Below, one piece after another: positions 25,908-35,240 of a stretch of DNA of 64,000 nucleotides. Origin of the DNA: an uncultured Planctomycetales bacterium (GTDB lineage Bacteria > Omnitrophota > Gorgyraeia > Gygaellales > JAHJCI01); NCBI GenBank assembly GCA_964592485.1, contig CAZQEY010000003.1, forward strand, positions 12,218-76,217, read 5' to 3'. Each line of letters opens with the position of its first letter. Positions within the stretch are counted from its first letter, which is position 1. The notes beneath the pieces were generated by a model. The model was not told where the DNA came from, made no database searches, and saw only the letters and a list, made by a program, of their open reading frames with translations. The position numbers and the translations under genes were made by a program.

Positions 25908-25950
25908 GCAGAGACAGTTTCCTGATTGGCGTGGGAGGCGTCTGTAAGGG
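25908..25950 (+). promoter_or_regulatory. Leader motif D (CAGAGACAGTTTCCTGATTGGCGTGGGAGGCGTCTGTAAGGGG) upstream of PilZ gene
   Basis: Third full copy of leader; not followed by a membrane-protein paralog but by the PilZ gene about 135 nt downstream. Confidence 0.4.
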
Positions 25951-26085
25951 GGGTGAGGCAGGATGGGGGAATAAGTGTTATTGGGTTAGGCAGCAAGGCA
26001 GCGACTATAGATAATTGCGTTGACTTGCTGTGGAATTTATGTTAAATTAACAAAGTTAAAGTCACGGAGAAAAGGCAGGTATTCC

Positions 26086-26415
26086 ATGGAAAATAATAAT
26101 TCAATTGATCGGCGCGCATTTGCCCGAATCCCCGCCGCACTCTCGATAAGATTTTTGCCTTCAGGAAGGAGAAAAAAATGCCGGGGACAGACAATAGATG
26201 TTAGCGCTACGGGCATAGGTTTGCTGAGTAAGAAGAAGCTTACTCCTCGGACATCATTAGAGATGTGGCTGGATTTACCGCATAACCGGGGCCCCTTTTA
26301 TACGCGAGGAGAGGTCGTCTGGTCTGACTCATTGACTGATGCACCCGAATATCGCGTTGGCGTTTGTCTGGAGAGAGCTGAACTTATGGGTTTAGCGCCA
26401 GTATTGTGGAAATAG
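26086..26415 (+). CDS. PilZ-domain protein (c-di-GMP receptor family), about 109 aa
   Basis: RRAFARIP (RxxxR) and TIDVSATGIGL (DxSxxG) motifs with canonical ~25 aa spacing; SD GGAGAAAAGG upstream of ATG at 26086 (track ORF begins 26020 with non-ATG start). Confidence 0.7.
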   Translation: MENNNSIDRRAFARIPAALSIRFLPSGRRKKCRGQTIDVSATGIGLLSKKKLTPRTSLEMWLDLPHNRGPFYTRGEVVWSDSLTDAPEYRVGVCLERAELMGLAPVLWK

Positions 26416-26458
26416 TAAAACAATTTAAAGGAAAAGGCGTCGGAAAAGATTAATAGGC

Positions 26459-28903
26459 ATGTTAGATAAATATGGCCATTTTAGTCAAGATGGCAAGGAG
26501 TTTATCATTACCACACCTTTAACTCCCCGGCCTTGGATTAACTATCTTACTAATAGCCGATACTGCGCGATTATCTCTCAGTGCTCTGGTGGATATAGTT
26601 TTTATCGAGACTGCCGAAGTGATCGTATTTTAAGGTGGTTACCAGAGAGCTGGCATTTTGACCGACCAGGACGATATATCTATATTAAAGAACCACAAAC
26701 TAAAAAAATCTGGAGTTGTACTTATCAGCCTCTTTGCGTTAGGCCCGATTTTTACCAATGTCGGCATGGTCTGGGATATACCGTAGTTGAATCAAGGTAT
26801 TTTGGTATCAGCACAGAGATTACCTATTTTGTTCCTGAACACGATGATTGTGAGGTCTGGATTATCCGGATTAAGAATGAAACTAAGAAGCACCGCACCT
26901 TAGAAATTTATCCCTATGTTGAGTGGCTTCTGGGTGATTATCATCTAGAATTGCGCTATCGCAATATTATGAATCTATATAATCGCATCTGGTTCAACCC
27001 ATCATCTCAGGCGATATTTGCCAAAAAAACTGCCTTTTGGCAGGATATGAATATTTGTCCCTTTAAGGGAAACGCCTTCTTTGCCAGTTCCCTAGCAGTC
27101 AATGATTATTGGCTGCGCAAGGAAGGATTCCTGGGAAGGTATAATACTGAACAAAATCCGGAAGCAATAATCACCAATCAGGCAAGCCGGCACCAGGAAT
27201 GTTCGGGAGAAGACGGTATTGCTGTTTTTAAACACAGGTTGCATTTAGCGGCAAATCAAGCAAAGGAATTTACCATTATCCTGGGGCAATTAAAGTCTAA
27301 AGCCAAAATTAACAGCGTAATTAAAAAATATCGAAATCTTGCGCGCGCAAAAAGCGAATTGGAAGACACCAAGAAAATCTGGAGGAGGCGTATCTGTGAT
27401 AACCTGATTATCAGCACGCCTGATAAGAAATTAGATTTATTGGTAAATTCCTGGCTTAAATACCAGATTTATATTTGCAATTTCTGGAGTCGCTCGCCTT
27501 CTTATTATCATGAGGGCTCAGGCGGAAAGGGGTATCGCGATTCTGCTCAGGACGGCGAGAGCATACTTTCTTTGAACTCAGAAATTAGCCGGCAGAAGAT
27601 ATTAAAACTTGCCTCGCTCATCCGTCGGGATGGAACCTCAGCTCCTGGATGGTCAGATACACAGGGCCCGCATCGATTCAGACCAAATAAGGACCATCAG
27701 ATTTGGCTTACATCATTGGTTTATGCCTATATACAAGAAACCGGGGATAAGGATATTCTTAATGAACGCATTTCTTATTTAAAGGATAAATGGATTGGCG
27801 GCTGGCATATTGACCTAAATTCTTCCAGTGGGACGCCAAATACAGATGGACAGGGGACTCTATTTGAACATTTAGAGGCAAACCTTAATTTTACCTTTAG
27901 TGATGTGGGTGATAAAGGTCTTCCTTTGATTGGCCATGCTGATTGGAATGATGCAATTGATGCAGCAGGGATTAAACTTAAGGGGCAGAGCGTCTGGTTG
28001 GCTCAAGCACTGGTGCGTTCTTTAAAGATGCTGGCTGAATTAGCGGATTTAATTGGTAAAAGAAAGAAGAAAGAGGATTATTTAAATAAAGCCAGAATTA
28101 TGACTGGGCGTATAAACAGGGTTGCCTGGGATGGAAATTGGTATGTGCGCGGTTTTACTGATTCAGGCTCTGTTTATGGAAGCAAGAGTAATCCGGAAGG
28201 CAAGATATTCCTTAATACTCAGGCCTGGGCATTGCTCTCTGGGGTTGCTGACTCAAATAAACAAAAAAGGATCGTAAGGTCAGTAAAACAATATCTTGAT
28301 GGTCTTCATGGTCTGGCTTTATTTTCTCCTGCTTATTCGCGGTTTAATCCTGAACTTGGCAGAATCAGTATGTTCTCGCAGGGCACAAAAGAGAATGCTG
28401 CGGTATTTTGCCATGCAGCAACCTTTATGATAGTGGGATTACTGATGGCAGGCTACGGCGACCTGGCATACTCTTCGCTTTTAAAGATATTGTCTAATCA
28501 GCAGAAGAATTATGATTTATATAGGACCGAGCCGTATGCTATGGCTGAGTATTTAGTGGGACCCCAGCATCCGTATCTTTATGGTGAGGGAGCATTCACC
28601 TGGGTTACTGGTTCAGCTGGTTGGTCTTTTATGGCGATTACTGAATGGCTCTTGGGTGTGCGGCGTGATTTTGCTGGCTTGCGCATTGAGCCTTGTATTC
28701 CCTCTCATTGGAAGAGATTTTCCATCCGTCGGCCTTTCCGGGGCGCAATCTATGAAATAGAGATAAGTAATCCCCAGGGCGTTCAGCAGGGAATAAAGGA
28801 GATTTATGTAGACGGCAGAAGAATTGAAGGAAACTTGATTAAACCTCATAATGATGGTAAAATACACCACATTAAGGTGATAATGGGCAGGGGTAAAGGA
28901 TGA
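26459..28903 (+). CDS. GH94-like glycoside phosphorylase (cellobiose/cellodextrin/chitobiose phosphorylase family), 814 aa
   Basis: N-terminus FSQDGKEFIITTPLTPRPWINYLTN resembles GH94 N-terminal signature; size ~800 aa; YRDSAQD segment; (alpha/alpha)6-barrel-type composition. Confidence 0.6.
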   Translation: MLDKYGHFSQDGKEFIITTPLTPRPWINYLTNSRYCAIISQCSGGYSFYRDCRSDRILRWLPESWHFDRPGRYIYIKEPQTKKIWSCTYQPLCVRPDFYQCRHGLGYTVVESRYFGISTEITYFVPEHDDCEVWIIRIKNETKKHRTLEIYPYVEWLLGDYHLELRYRNIMNLYNRIWFNPSSQAIFAKKTAFWQDMNICPFKGNAFFASSLAVNDYWLRKEGFLGRYNTEQNPEAIITNQASRHQECSGEDGIAVFKHRLHLAANQAKEFTIILGQLKSKAKINSVIKKYRNLARAKSELEDTKKIWRRRICDNLIISTPDKKLDLLVNSWLKYQIYICNFWSRSPSYYHEGSGGKGYRDSAQDGESILSLNSEISRQKILKLASLIRRDGTSAPGWSDTQGPHRFRPNKDHQIWLTSLVYAYIQETGDKDILNERISYLKDKWIGGWHIDLNSSSGTPNTDGQGTLFEHLEANLNFTFSDVGDKGLPLIGHADWNDAIDAAGIKLKGQSVWLAQALVRSLKMLAELADLIGKRKKKEDYLNKARIMTGRINRVAWDGNWYVRGFTDSGSVYGSKSNPEGKIFLNTQAWALLSGVADSNKQKRIVRSVKQYLDGLHGLALFSPAYSRFNPELGRISMFSQGTKENAAVFCHAATFMIVGLLMAGYGDLAYSSLLKILSNQQKNYDLYRTEPYAMAEYLVGPQHPYLYGEGAFTWVTGSAGWSFMAITEWLLGVRRDFAGLRIEPCIPSHWKRFSIRRPFRGAIYEIEISNPQGVQQGIKEIYVDGRRIEGNLIKPHNDGKIHHIKVIMGRGKG

Positions 28904-29508
28904 AGATACTGCCTTTTGGTTGCATTTTAATTTTCTGTTTGACTATACTTTCTTGTACTCAGGAGCAGGATTTATTAATCGATGATTTTGAGAATCCGCT
29001 TTCTGGAGGCACGGACGGCACAGTGGATTTTGGCTCTGGTGGTAGTTCATCAGTAGAAGTAACAGCAGATACTGATATTAAGTATTCGGGTAATCAATCT
29101 ATGAAGATAGACTATAATGCTGCACCAGGCGGGTATATGTGGGTAGCAAGGGGGTTTGATTTAGATGCAAAGAATACACAATGGTTAATTGAACCACAGG
29201 ATATAGACTGGGCTAAATATAGTTCCATATCCTTTTATATGTACGGTAGCGATTCCAAAGCAAAGATTGCATTTGATATCAAAGACAATGGTAATGAGAT
29301 GTGGCGGTTTATGATTGAGGATGATTTTAAGGGTTGGAAGAGGATAGTCTGCCCTTTCAATGAATTCTTCGCTCGGAGTGATTGGCAACCGAATAATGCG
29401 GACAGAAACGCTACCTTAGATTTTCCAGTCAAAAGCTTTCAGTTTGAGCCTCAGTCAGAGGCAAAAGGCACAGTTTACTTGGATAATATGATATTGATGA
29501 AGAGATAA
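28900..29508 (+). CDS. Lipoprotein with CBM-like beta-sandwich domain (CBM4/9-like; ends VYLDNMILM)
   Basis: Signal peptide plus lipobox LTILSC; domain shares W-x-G and terminal YLD(E/N)I motif with the two repeats of the 35400-36554 protein; start overlaps upstream stop (ATGA). Confidence 0.55.
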   Translation: MKILPFGCILIFCLTILSCTQEQDLLIDDFENPLSGGTDGTVDFGSGGSSSVEVTADTDIKYSGNQSMKIDYNAAPGGYMWVARGFDLDAKNTQWLIEPQDIDWAKYSSISFYMYGSDSKAKIAFDIKDNGNEMWRFMIEDDFKGWKRIVCPFNEFFARSDWQPNNADRNATLDFPVKSFQFEPQSEAKGTVYLDNMILMKR

Positions 29509-29556
29509 AAAAGCTTTGTTTAGCTTGAGAAGAATGATTGGTTATTGGAGGAGAAG

Positions 29557-30876
29557 ATGCTTAGTAAAAAGTTAGTTTACAGCATTTTATTACTGTTTGC
29601 TGTTTACTGCTTACTGTTTACTATGGTTGGTTGTACTCCCAAAAAAGAAGCAGAAAAACCAACCATAACCATCTGGCATTGGATGACCGACCGGCAGCCG
29701 ACATTTAAAGAACTAGCTAAAAGGTATGAGCAAAATGCCGGCATTAAGATTAATTTTGAACTCTATGCTCCTTCAGACGCCTACACCCAAAAGGTGCGCG
29801 CGGCAGCTCAAGGTAATACCCTGCCTGATATATTTGGTATTCTCGGAGAAAAAAGGGATTTTGCCTCATTCATCAAGGCTGGACATATCCTGGATCTAGC
29901 CCCTCACATGCAAAAGAACAGCAATCAATGGCGTAATTCCTTCTTTCGCAAGGCCCTGGCAGTAAATGAATTTCCCGAAGGAAATTCCTATGGTGTTGAG
30001 GCTGGAATTTATGGCGTACCCTTGGATATAATGACCATCCAGATGCTGTATAATAAGGATTTATTTAAGCAGTTAGGACTTGACCCTGAACAGCCGCCTC
30101 AGGCTTTCGAAGAATTCCTTTATATAGGTAAGAGAATAAAAGAAACAGGGTTGCAGGGAATGGTATCTGGTTGGGGTGAGATGTGGATGATTGATTGTCT
30201 GGCAAATAATTTCGCTTTTAATCTAATGGGTAAGGATAAAGTTCTTGCTACAATTCAAGGCAAAGTCTCCTATGCTGACCCGGATTGGATTAAGGTTTTA
30301 AGTTTATTTAAACAGATGAGTGAAGTGGGCGTTTTAGCCGATGGTATTGTTACAATGGTAAATAAGACTGCTGAGCAGCTCTTTGCCAATGGAAAAGCAG
30401 TTTTTGCCTTTAATGGCTCTTGGTGCGTTAATGTCTATCGCGGTATGAATCCCAATCTTAATTACGCAGTTCTGCTTCCACCCAAGGTAAGTGATGAATA
30501 TCCCCGCAGCATCTGGGGAGGTGCTGGTTCGTCTTTTATGATAAATGCCCGCTCAGAAAACAAAGAAAAAGCGGTTGAGTTCCTGAAGTGGCTGACCGAT
30601 AAAGAGCAACAGGCCTATTTAGCTGAAAGCACCCAGAATCTTCCCGCAAATAAAAACTGTCTTGGTGAAATTTCTCCAATCTTAGCCCAGTTCGCTGATG
30701 ATATGGATTTAACCACCCATCCGAATACTTGGGGGATTTCTGAATTTCCCGCAGTAATTGAGGCTTGGGATAAAGGAATCCAGTCAATTATTATTAATGA
30801 GAAAACACCAGAGCAAGTCGCTCAGGAAGTACAGAAGATTAAGGAGCGGGAGTTAAAGAAGAAACAGACAAGATGA
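29557..30876 (+). CDS. Sugar ABC transporter substrate-binding lipoprotein (family 1 SBP)
   Basis: Signal peptide plus lipobox MVGCTP; length and W/G-rich pattern of oligosaccharide SBPs; ATG at 29557 with GGAGGAG SD (track ORF starts at TTG 29545). Confidence 0.7.
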   Translation: MLSKKLVYSILLLFAVYCLLFTMVGCTPKKEAEKPTITIWHWMTDRQPTFKELAKRYEQNAGIKINFELYAPSDAYTQKVRAAAQGNTLPDIFGILGEKRDFASFIKAGHILDLAPHMQKNSNQWRNSFFRKALAVNEFPEGNSYGVEAGIYGVPLDIMTIQMLYNKDLFKQLGLDPEQPPQAFEEFLYIGKRIKETGLQGMVSGWGEMWMIDCLANNFAFNLMGKDKVLATIQGKVSYADPDWIKVLSLFKQMSEVGVLADGIVTMVNKTAEQLFANGKAVFAFNGSWCVNVYRGMNPNLNYAVLLPPKVSDEYPRSIWGGAGSSFMINARSENKEKAVEFLKWLTDKEQQAYLAESTQNLPANKNCLGEISPILAQFADDMDLTTHPNTWGISEFPAVIEAWDKGIQSIIINEKTPEQVAQEVQKIKERELKKKQTR

Positions 30877-31751
30877 GAATTAAATCAACTTTAGAAAACT
30901 ATATGTTTGTTCTTCCGGCAGTAATCATCTTTGCGATATTCTATATTATTCCCTTTATCTGGGTCTTCCAATTAGGTTTATACGAGTGGGACGGAATCAT
31001 GCCGACAAAGACCTTTGTAGGTCTTTCTAATTTTAAAGAGATATTTTCCCAAGACAGAATCTGGTGGCAATCAATGTTAAATGCTGGCTACATCACTCTT
31101 ATTGCCCTTACTTTTCAGAATGCCTTAGCTTTTGCTTTGGCTTGGGCTTGTGACCGTGAGATACGCTTGAGGAATCTCTACCGTGTAATCTTTTTTATTC
31201 CTCCGGTTTTATCTGAGGTGGTGGTTGGTTTGGTCTGGCAATGGATTCTTGATGGCAATTACGGCTTATTAAATCATGCACTAATAAGATTGGGTTTTCC
31301 TCAATTGGTTCACCATTGGCTTTCTGACCCTAATACTGCCTTAACTACTGTAGCGATAGTTCATAGCTGGAAGGGATTTGGCTGGGGGTTTCTGATATTC
31401 CTAGCTGGCTTGCAAACCATACCCAGAGAGCTTTATGAAGCTGCCCGAGTAGACGGAGCCAATGCCTGGCAGAGCTTTAAGAATATCACCTTTCCGTTAA
31501 TGATTCCGGTAACAGTTCTAGTGGCGATTTTAACCATTTTGGGCACAATGCAGGCATTTGTTTTGATTATTGCCATGACAGGTGGGGGACCGGCGTATCA
31601 TACCCAGGTCCCGGTACTAAGGATACTGGCTTCCATGCGTGGCTCCTCGCGCTTTGGTTATGCCTGTGCCCAGGGTATTACCTTTGGACTTGTTTTAGTG
31701 ATTATTTCTTTTATCCAATATAGGTTTTCTAAAAGAGCTAGGCAGGTTTAG
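30873..31751 (+). CDS. Sugar ABC transporter permease (MalF/UgpA-like)
   Basis: 6 TM helices; EAA-like loop AARVDGANAWQSFKNITFPL; overlaps upstream stop. Confidence 0.75.
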   Translation: MRIKSTLENYMFVLPAVIIFAIFYIIPFIWVFQLGLYEWDGIMPTKTFVGLSNFKEIFSQDRIWWQSMLNAGYITLIALTFQNALAFALAWACDREIRLRNLYRVIFFIPPVLSEVVVGLVWQWILDGNYGLLNHALIRLGFPQLVHHWLSDPNTALTTVAIVHSWKGFGWGFLIFLAGLQTIPRELYEAARVDGANAWQSFKNITFPLMIPVTVLVAILTILGTMQAFVLIIAMTGGGPAYHTQVPVLRILASMRGSSRFGYACAQGITFGLVLVIISFIQYRFSKRARQV

Positions 31752-31830
31752 ATATTTCGTTTAGTCGGTTTTGTCCGTTTAACAGAAATAACGGAATTAA
31801 CGGACCTACCGGAAATAATGAAATAGACAA

Positions 31831-32679
31831 ATGAAGTCAGGCGTATATTATAAGACAAAGAGGGTAACTTTAAATCTACTTATTCATCTGTTTCTGCTTA
31901 CTGTAGCAATAAGTTGCCTCCTGCCTTTAGTCTGGATGGTTTCCTCAAGTCTTAAAACGCAAGAGATGATATTCTCTGATACATCGCTTATTCCTCACAG
32001 TCCACGCTGGGAGAATTATTATTTGGCTTGGAAAGAGGGCGGATTTGGACGCTATTTTATTAACAGTATCATTTATACAATATCCACAGTGATTGGTATA
32101 GTTATTGTTGCATCGCTGGCAGCCTATGCCTTTTCGCGGTTTAGATTCCCGGGTAAGAATATCCTGTTTTATATGTTCATTATTGCTATGATGATTCCTA
32201 TCCCGGGAAGCTTCGTTCCCCTTTATGTATTATTAAACAGACTACATCTTCGCAATACCCAAATTGGCTATATTCTGTGTATGATTAATGTTGGGCTTTC
32301 CACAAGTATATTTTTGTTAAAGACATTTTTTGATAAGATGCCCAAGGAATTAGAAGAAGCAGCCCGTATCGACGGGTGTTCAAAAATGGGATTGTGGTGG
32401 CATGTGGCTTTACCTTTATCTAAGCCGGTGTTAGCAGTAGTAGTGGTGTTTAATGCGCTGAATGTCTGGAATGAATATATACTGGCTTTGATTATCTTTG
32501 ATTCACGTCACCTTATGCCGCTTCAGGTGGCTTTGACCACTTTTCAGGGCGAATTTATTACACGCTACCCACTTCTAATGGCTGGTTTGACCATTGCAGC
32601 TATTCCGATTATCTTAATTTACTTGCTTATGCAGAAATATATTATTAAAGGGGTTACTGCTGGAGCGATAGTAGGATGA
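31831..32679 (+). CDS. Sugar ABC transporter permease (MalG/UgpE-like)
   Basis: EEAARIDGCSKMGLWWHVALPLSKP EAA motif; 6 TM helices. Confidence 0.75.
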   Translation: MKSGVYYKTKRVTLNLLIHLFLLTVAISCLLPLVWMVSSSLKTQEMIFSDTSLIPHSPRWENYYLAWKEGGFGRYFINSIIYTISTVIGIVIVASLAAYAFSRFRFPGKNILFYMFIIAMMIPIPGSFVPLYVLLNRLHLRNTQIGYILCMINVGLSTSIFLLKTFFDKMPKELEEAARIDGCSKMGLWWHVALPLSKPVLAVVVVFNALNVWNEYILALIIFDSRHLMPLQVALTTFQGEFITRYPLLMAGLTIAAIPIILIYLLMQKYIIKGVTAGAIVG

Positions 32680-35054
32680 TGTTTAAATCCAAAATCCAAA
32701 ATCCAAAATCCAAAATAAATTCAAAATCTAAATGTCAAATTCCAAAACGTGAGTTTTATCATTTGGTGTCTGTGCTTTGTCATTATTTTGTCATTTGTGC
32801 TTTGTTATTTGTCATTTATCTTGGAAATTCTTTCGCTCAGGATAGACCGCCTTCCAAGGAACTAGTCGTCAAGGCATGGGAGGCGCACGGAAGAAATGAT
32901 ATTGAAAGCACCTTTAAAATTACTCAGCAATGTATTGATTTATACCTTGAGGAAGCAAAAAGACAACAAGCGTCTTTAAATGCGCTACCCAAGGGGACGG
33001 ATATTGCTAATTATCAGATTCTTAATGATGTGGCTACTTGCTATTTTATTCAAGGTGAATCTTATATGCGACAAGAGAAATTCCCCGAGGCAGTTGAGGT
33101 TTTTAATACTATTATCCAGCAATATTCCTTTGCCCAGGCCTGGGATCCCCGGGGATGGTACTGGCAAATAGCCAAGGCAGCCAAAGACAGTATTGATAAG
33201 ATTCAGAAACGCCAACTTCCGCCGGCACCGGAAGAAGTCAAACAGCCGCCCACCAAGAAGATAGTTAGTACGGTCGTCTTATCCGATCCGGGCAGTAAAG
33301 ATTTCGTTGATTATACTAAATATGGTGAGTTTAAGAACCGCGGTAGTAAGGATTATGTTTACATTATTAGCGACCAAGTAGGATTAAGCAAGGCCGTCGG
33401 TGAAGGAATTTACCCCAATACTGGTTCGGTAAGGCGCAACCCGAGATTTAAGTTTGTACGGGAAGAGGGAAGACTGGAAGGCTCTGCTTGGGATTTTTTA
33501 CAAAGCTCGGATTTGGAGGCGGCATTTTTTAAATGGGCAACTGCTCCTGAACCAGTGGGTGTGAGGCTTTTTTACACCGGATTGATTCTGGAAAAGGCAG
33601 GATTAATCAAGCATGCGCTAAAATGCTACTATGCTATTGTGGTGCATTTTCCTGGTAGCTATGGCTGGACCTATTGGCATACCCCTTGGTATGTAGGTCA
33701 GGCGGCAATTGCCAAGATAAATTTTCTTTTGCGCCGCAACCCCCAATTAAAGTACAGACTCGTTGATGCCCATATTAAAATCATCAATGGTTATGACAAT
33801 GATGTTTCTAACGATATTGTTATTACTAATCCAGGAAGATGGGTACGTGGGAGGCAAGAAGTAAGAGGTAAAACACAGGAGGCAAGAAATAAGAAGGTTG
33901 AAAAGATAATCGGAGATGGGAGGGTTCGACTGCTTCAATATCAAAATGGAGATTGGCAGCTACAGGTAAAAGGTCAACCCTATATTATCAAAGGCATCAC
34001 TTATGCTCCCACCAAGGTATGTCAATCGCCAGATGAGGGAACCTTGGGAAATTGGATGTTTGAGGATTTTGATAATAACGACAAAATAGATGGCCCTTAC
34101 GATGCCTTTGTGGATAAGAACAGGAATAATCTTCAAGATGAGGATGAGCCCTCTATTGGAGATTTTAAGCTTATGCAGCAGATGGGAGTAAATACCATAC
34201 GTATTTATCATCATCCGCAGGAGGTTAATAAACAATTATTGAGGGATTTGTATATACATTATGGGATTATGGTGATTATGGGAGATTTTTTAGGAAAGTA
34301 TGCTTTAGGCTCGGGGGTGTCCTGGTATGAAGGGACAGATTATCGTAATCCAGAGCACCAGAAGAATATGATTAAGTCAGTAACAGCTATGGTTGAAGAA
34401 TTTAGAGATGAGCCGTATATCTTATTCTGGTTGCTGGGCAATGAGAATGTTTACGGCGTTGCCTGTAATGCTGATAAGGACCCAGAAGGATTTTTTAAAT
34501 TTGTCAATGAGGCAGCTACTACGATTAAATCCCTTGATCCTGAACATCCAGTGGCTCTGGGTAATGGCGACATTCTATTCTTAGATGTATTTGCTAAGCA
34601 TTGCCCAGATATTGACATCTTCGGTACGAATGCCTATCGGGGTGATTATGGCTTTGGATATCTCTGGCAGGCAGTTAAGGAAGAGATAGATAGACCGGTA
34701 TTTATCACTGAATTTGGCTGTCCAGCTTATGCTGAAGGTAAAACAAGAGAAGAATCCGAGCAGTTACAGGCAGAGTATCACCGTGCAGCCTGGGAGGATA
34801 TTGAGTATAATATATCTGGCGGTAAAGGGTTGGGTAATGCTATAGGAGGCATAATTTTTGAATGGTTAGATGAATGGTGGAAGGCCTATGAGCCGTGTTT
34901 GCATGATTATAAGCCCCTATGGGCAGGTCCTTTTCCTGATGGTTATATGCATGAGGAATGGCTGGGTTTAGCCAGCCAGGGTAATAGTTCCCAGAGTCCG
35001 TTCTTGCGTCAGTTGCGCAAGGCTTATTATATGTATAAAAAGATGTGGAGGTAA
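32676..35054 (+). CDS. Membrane-anchored TPR-like + clan GH-A (GH5/GH2-like TIM-barrel) glycoside hydrolase, 792 aa
   Basis: N-terminal TM helix; catalytic-type motifs FWLLGNENVY (acid/base NE) and VFITEFGCPAY (nucleophile E); paralogous to 36750-37988 (IRIYHHP / VRFYKVG, ILGNENNY, VVISEFGADSY, FEWLDEWWK / FEWTDEWWK). Confidence 0.6.
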   Translation: MMFKSKIQNPKSKINSKSKCQIPKREFYHLVSVLCHYFVICALLFVIYLGNSFAQDRPPSKELVVKAWEAHGRNDIESTFKITQQCIDLYLEEAKRQQASLNALPKGTDIANYQILNDVATCYFIQGESYMRQEKFPEAVEVFNTIIQQYSFAQAWDPRGWYWQIAKAAKDSIDKIQKRQLPPAPEEVKQPPTKKIVSTVVLSDPGSKDFVDYTKYGEFKNRGSKDYVYIISDQVGLSKAVGEGIYPNTGSVRRNPRFKFVREEGRLEGSAWDFLQSSDLEAAFFKWATAPEPVGVRLFYTGLILEKAGLIKHALKCYYAIVVHFPGSYGWTYWHTPWYVGQAAIAKINFLLRRNPQLKYRLVDAHIKIINGYDNDVSNDIVITNPGRWVRGRQEVRGKTQEARNKKVEKIIGDGRVRLLQYQNGDWQLQVKGQPYIIKGITYAPTKVCQSPDEGTLGNWMFEDFDNNDKIDGPYDAFVDKNRNNLQDEDEPSIGDFKLMQQMGVNTIRIYHHPQEVNKQLLRDLYIHYGIMVIMGDFLGKYALGSGVSWYEGTDYRNPEHQKNMIKSVTAMVEEFRDEPYILFWLLGNENVYGVACNADKDPEGFFKFVNEAATTIKSLDPEHPVALGNGDILFLDVFAKHCPDIDIFGTNAYRGDYGFGYLWQAVKEEIDRPVFITEFGCPAYAEGKTREESEQLQAEYHRAAWEDIEYNISGGKGLGNAIGGIIFEWLDEWWKAYEPCLHDYKPLWAGPFPDGYMHEEWLGLASQGNSSQSPFLRQLRKAYYMYKKMWR
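32688..32723 (+). repeat. Heptanucleotide microsatellite (AAAATCC)x~4-5 inside the first codons of the 32676 CDS
   Basis: Sequence AAATCCAAAATCCAAAATCCAAAATCCAAAAT read directly; unit length 7 is not a multiple of 3. Confidence 0.8.
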
Positions 35055-35124
35055 ATGACGACATAATTTATGGAGCCTGTCTGTGGGATAGGTAGGCGTA
35101 AGTGAACATAAGTTATATGTTGGA

Positions 35125-35188
35125 ATTTTACCCCACCCTTTCAACAAAGTAGCATAGTGTAGGGTAAGAAGAGGCGGGGTTTAATTCG
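35125..35188 (+). repeat. REP-like palindromic element copy 1 (TTTTACCCCACCCTTTCAACAAAGTAGCATAGTGTAGGGTAAGAAGAGGCGGGGTTTAA)
   Basis: Shares CAAAGTAGC...TAGGGTAAGAAG...GCGGGGTTTAA with copies at 41826, 50995, 53072, 58490; flanked by 15-bp inverted repeat GTGAACATAAGTTAT / ATAACTTATGTTCAC. Confidence 0.6.
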
Positions 35189-35202
35189 CATAATAACTTA
35201 TG

Positions 35203-35240
35203 TTCACTCCGTTTAGAAATCTTTGATTTCTAAACGGAGT
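35203..35240 (+). terminator. Perfect 16-bp stem-loop ACTCCGTTTAGAAATC-TTT-GATTTCTAAACGGAGT (terminator-like, no T-run)
   Basis: Exact inverted repeat read from sequence downstream of GH gene. Confidence 0.35.

Noticed and set aside
24584-25950. Possible CRISPR array (repeated ~35-40 nt palindromic units)
   Set aside because: The units are irregularly spaced, the 'spacers' are 50-600 nt and contain complete protein-coding genes, the units vary in sequence, and no cas genes are nearby.
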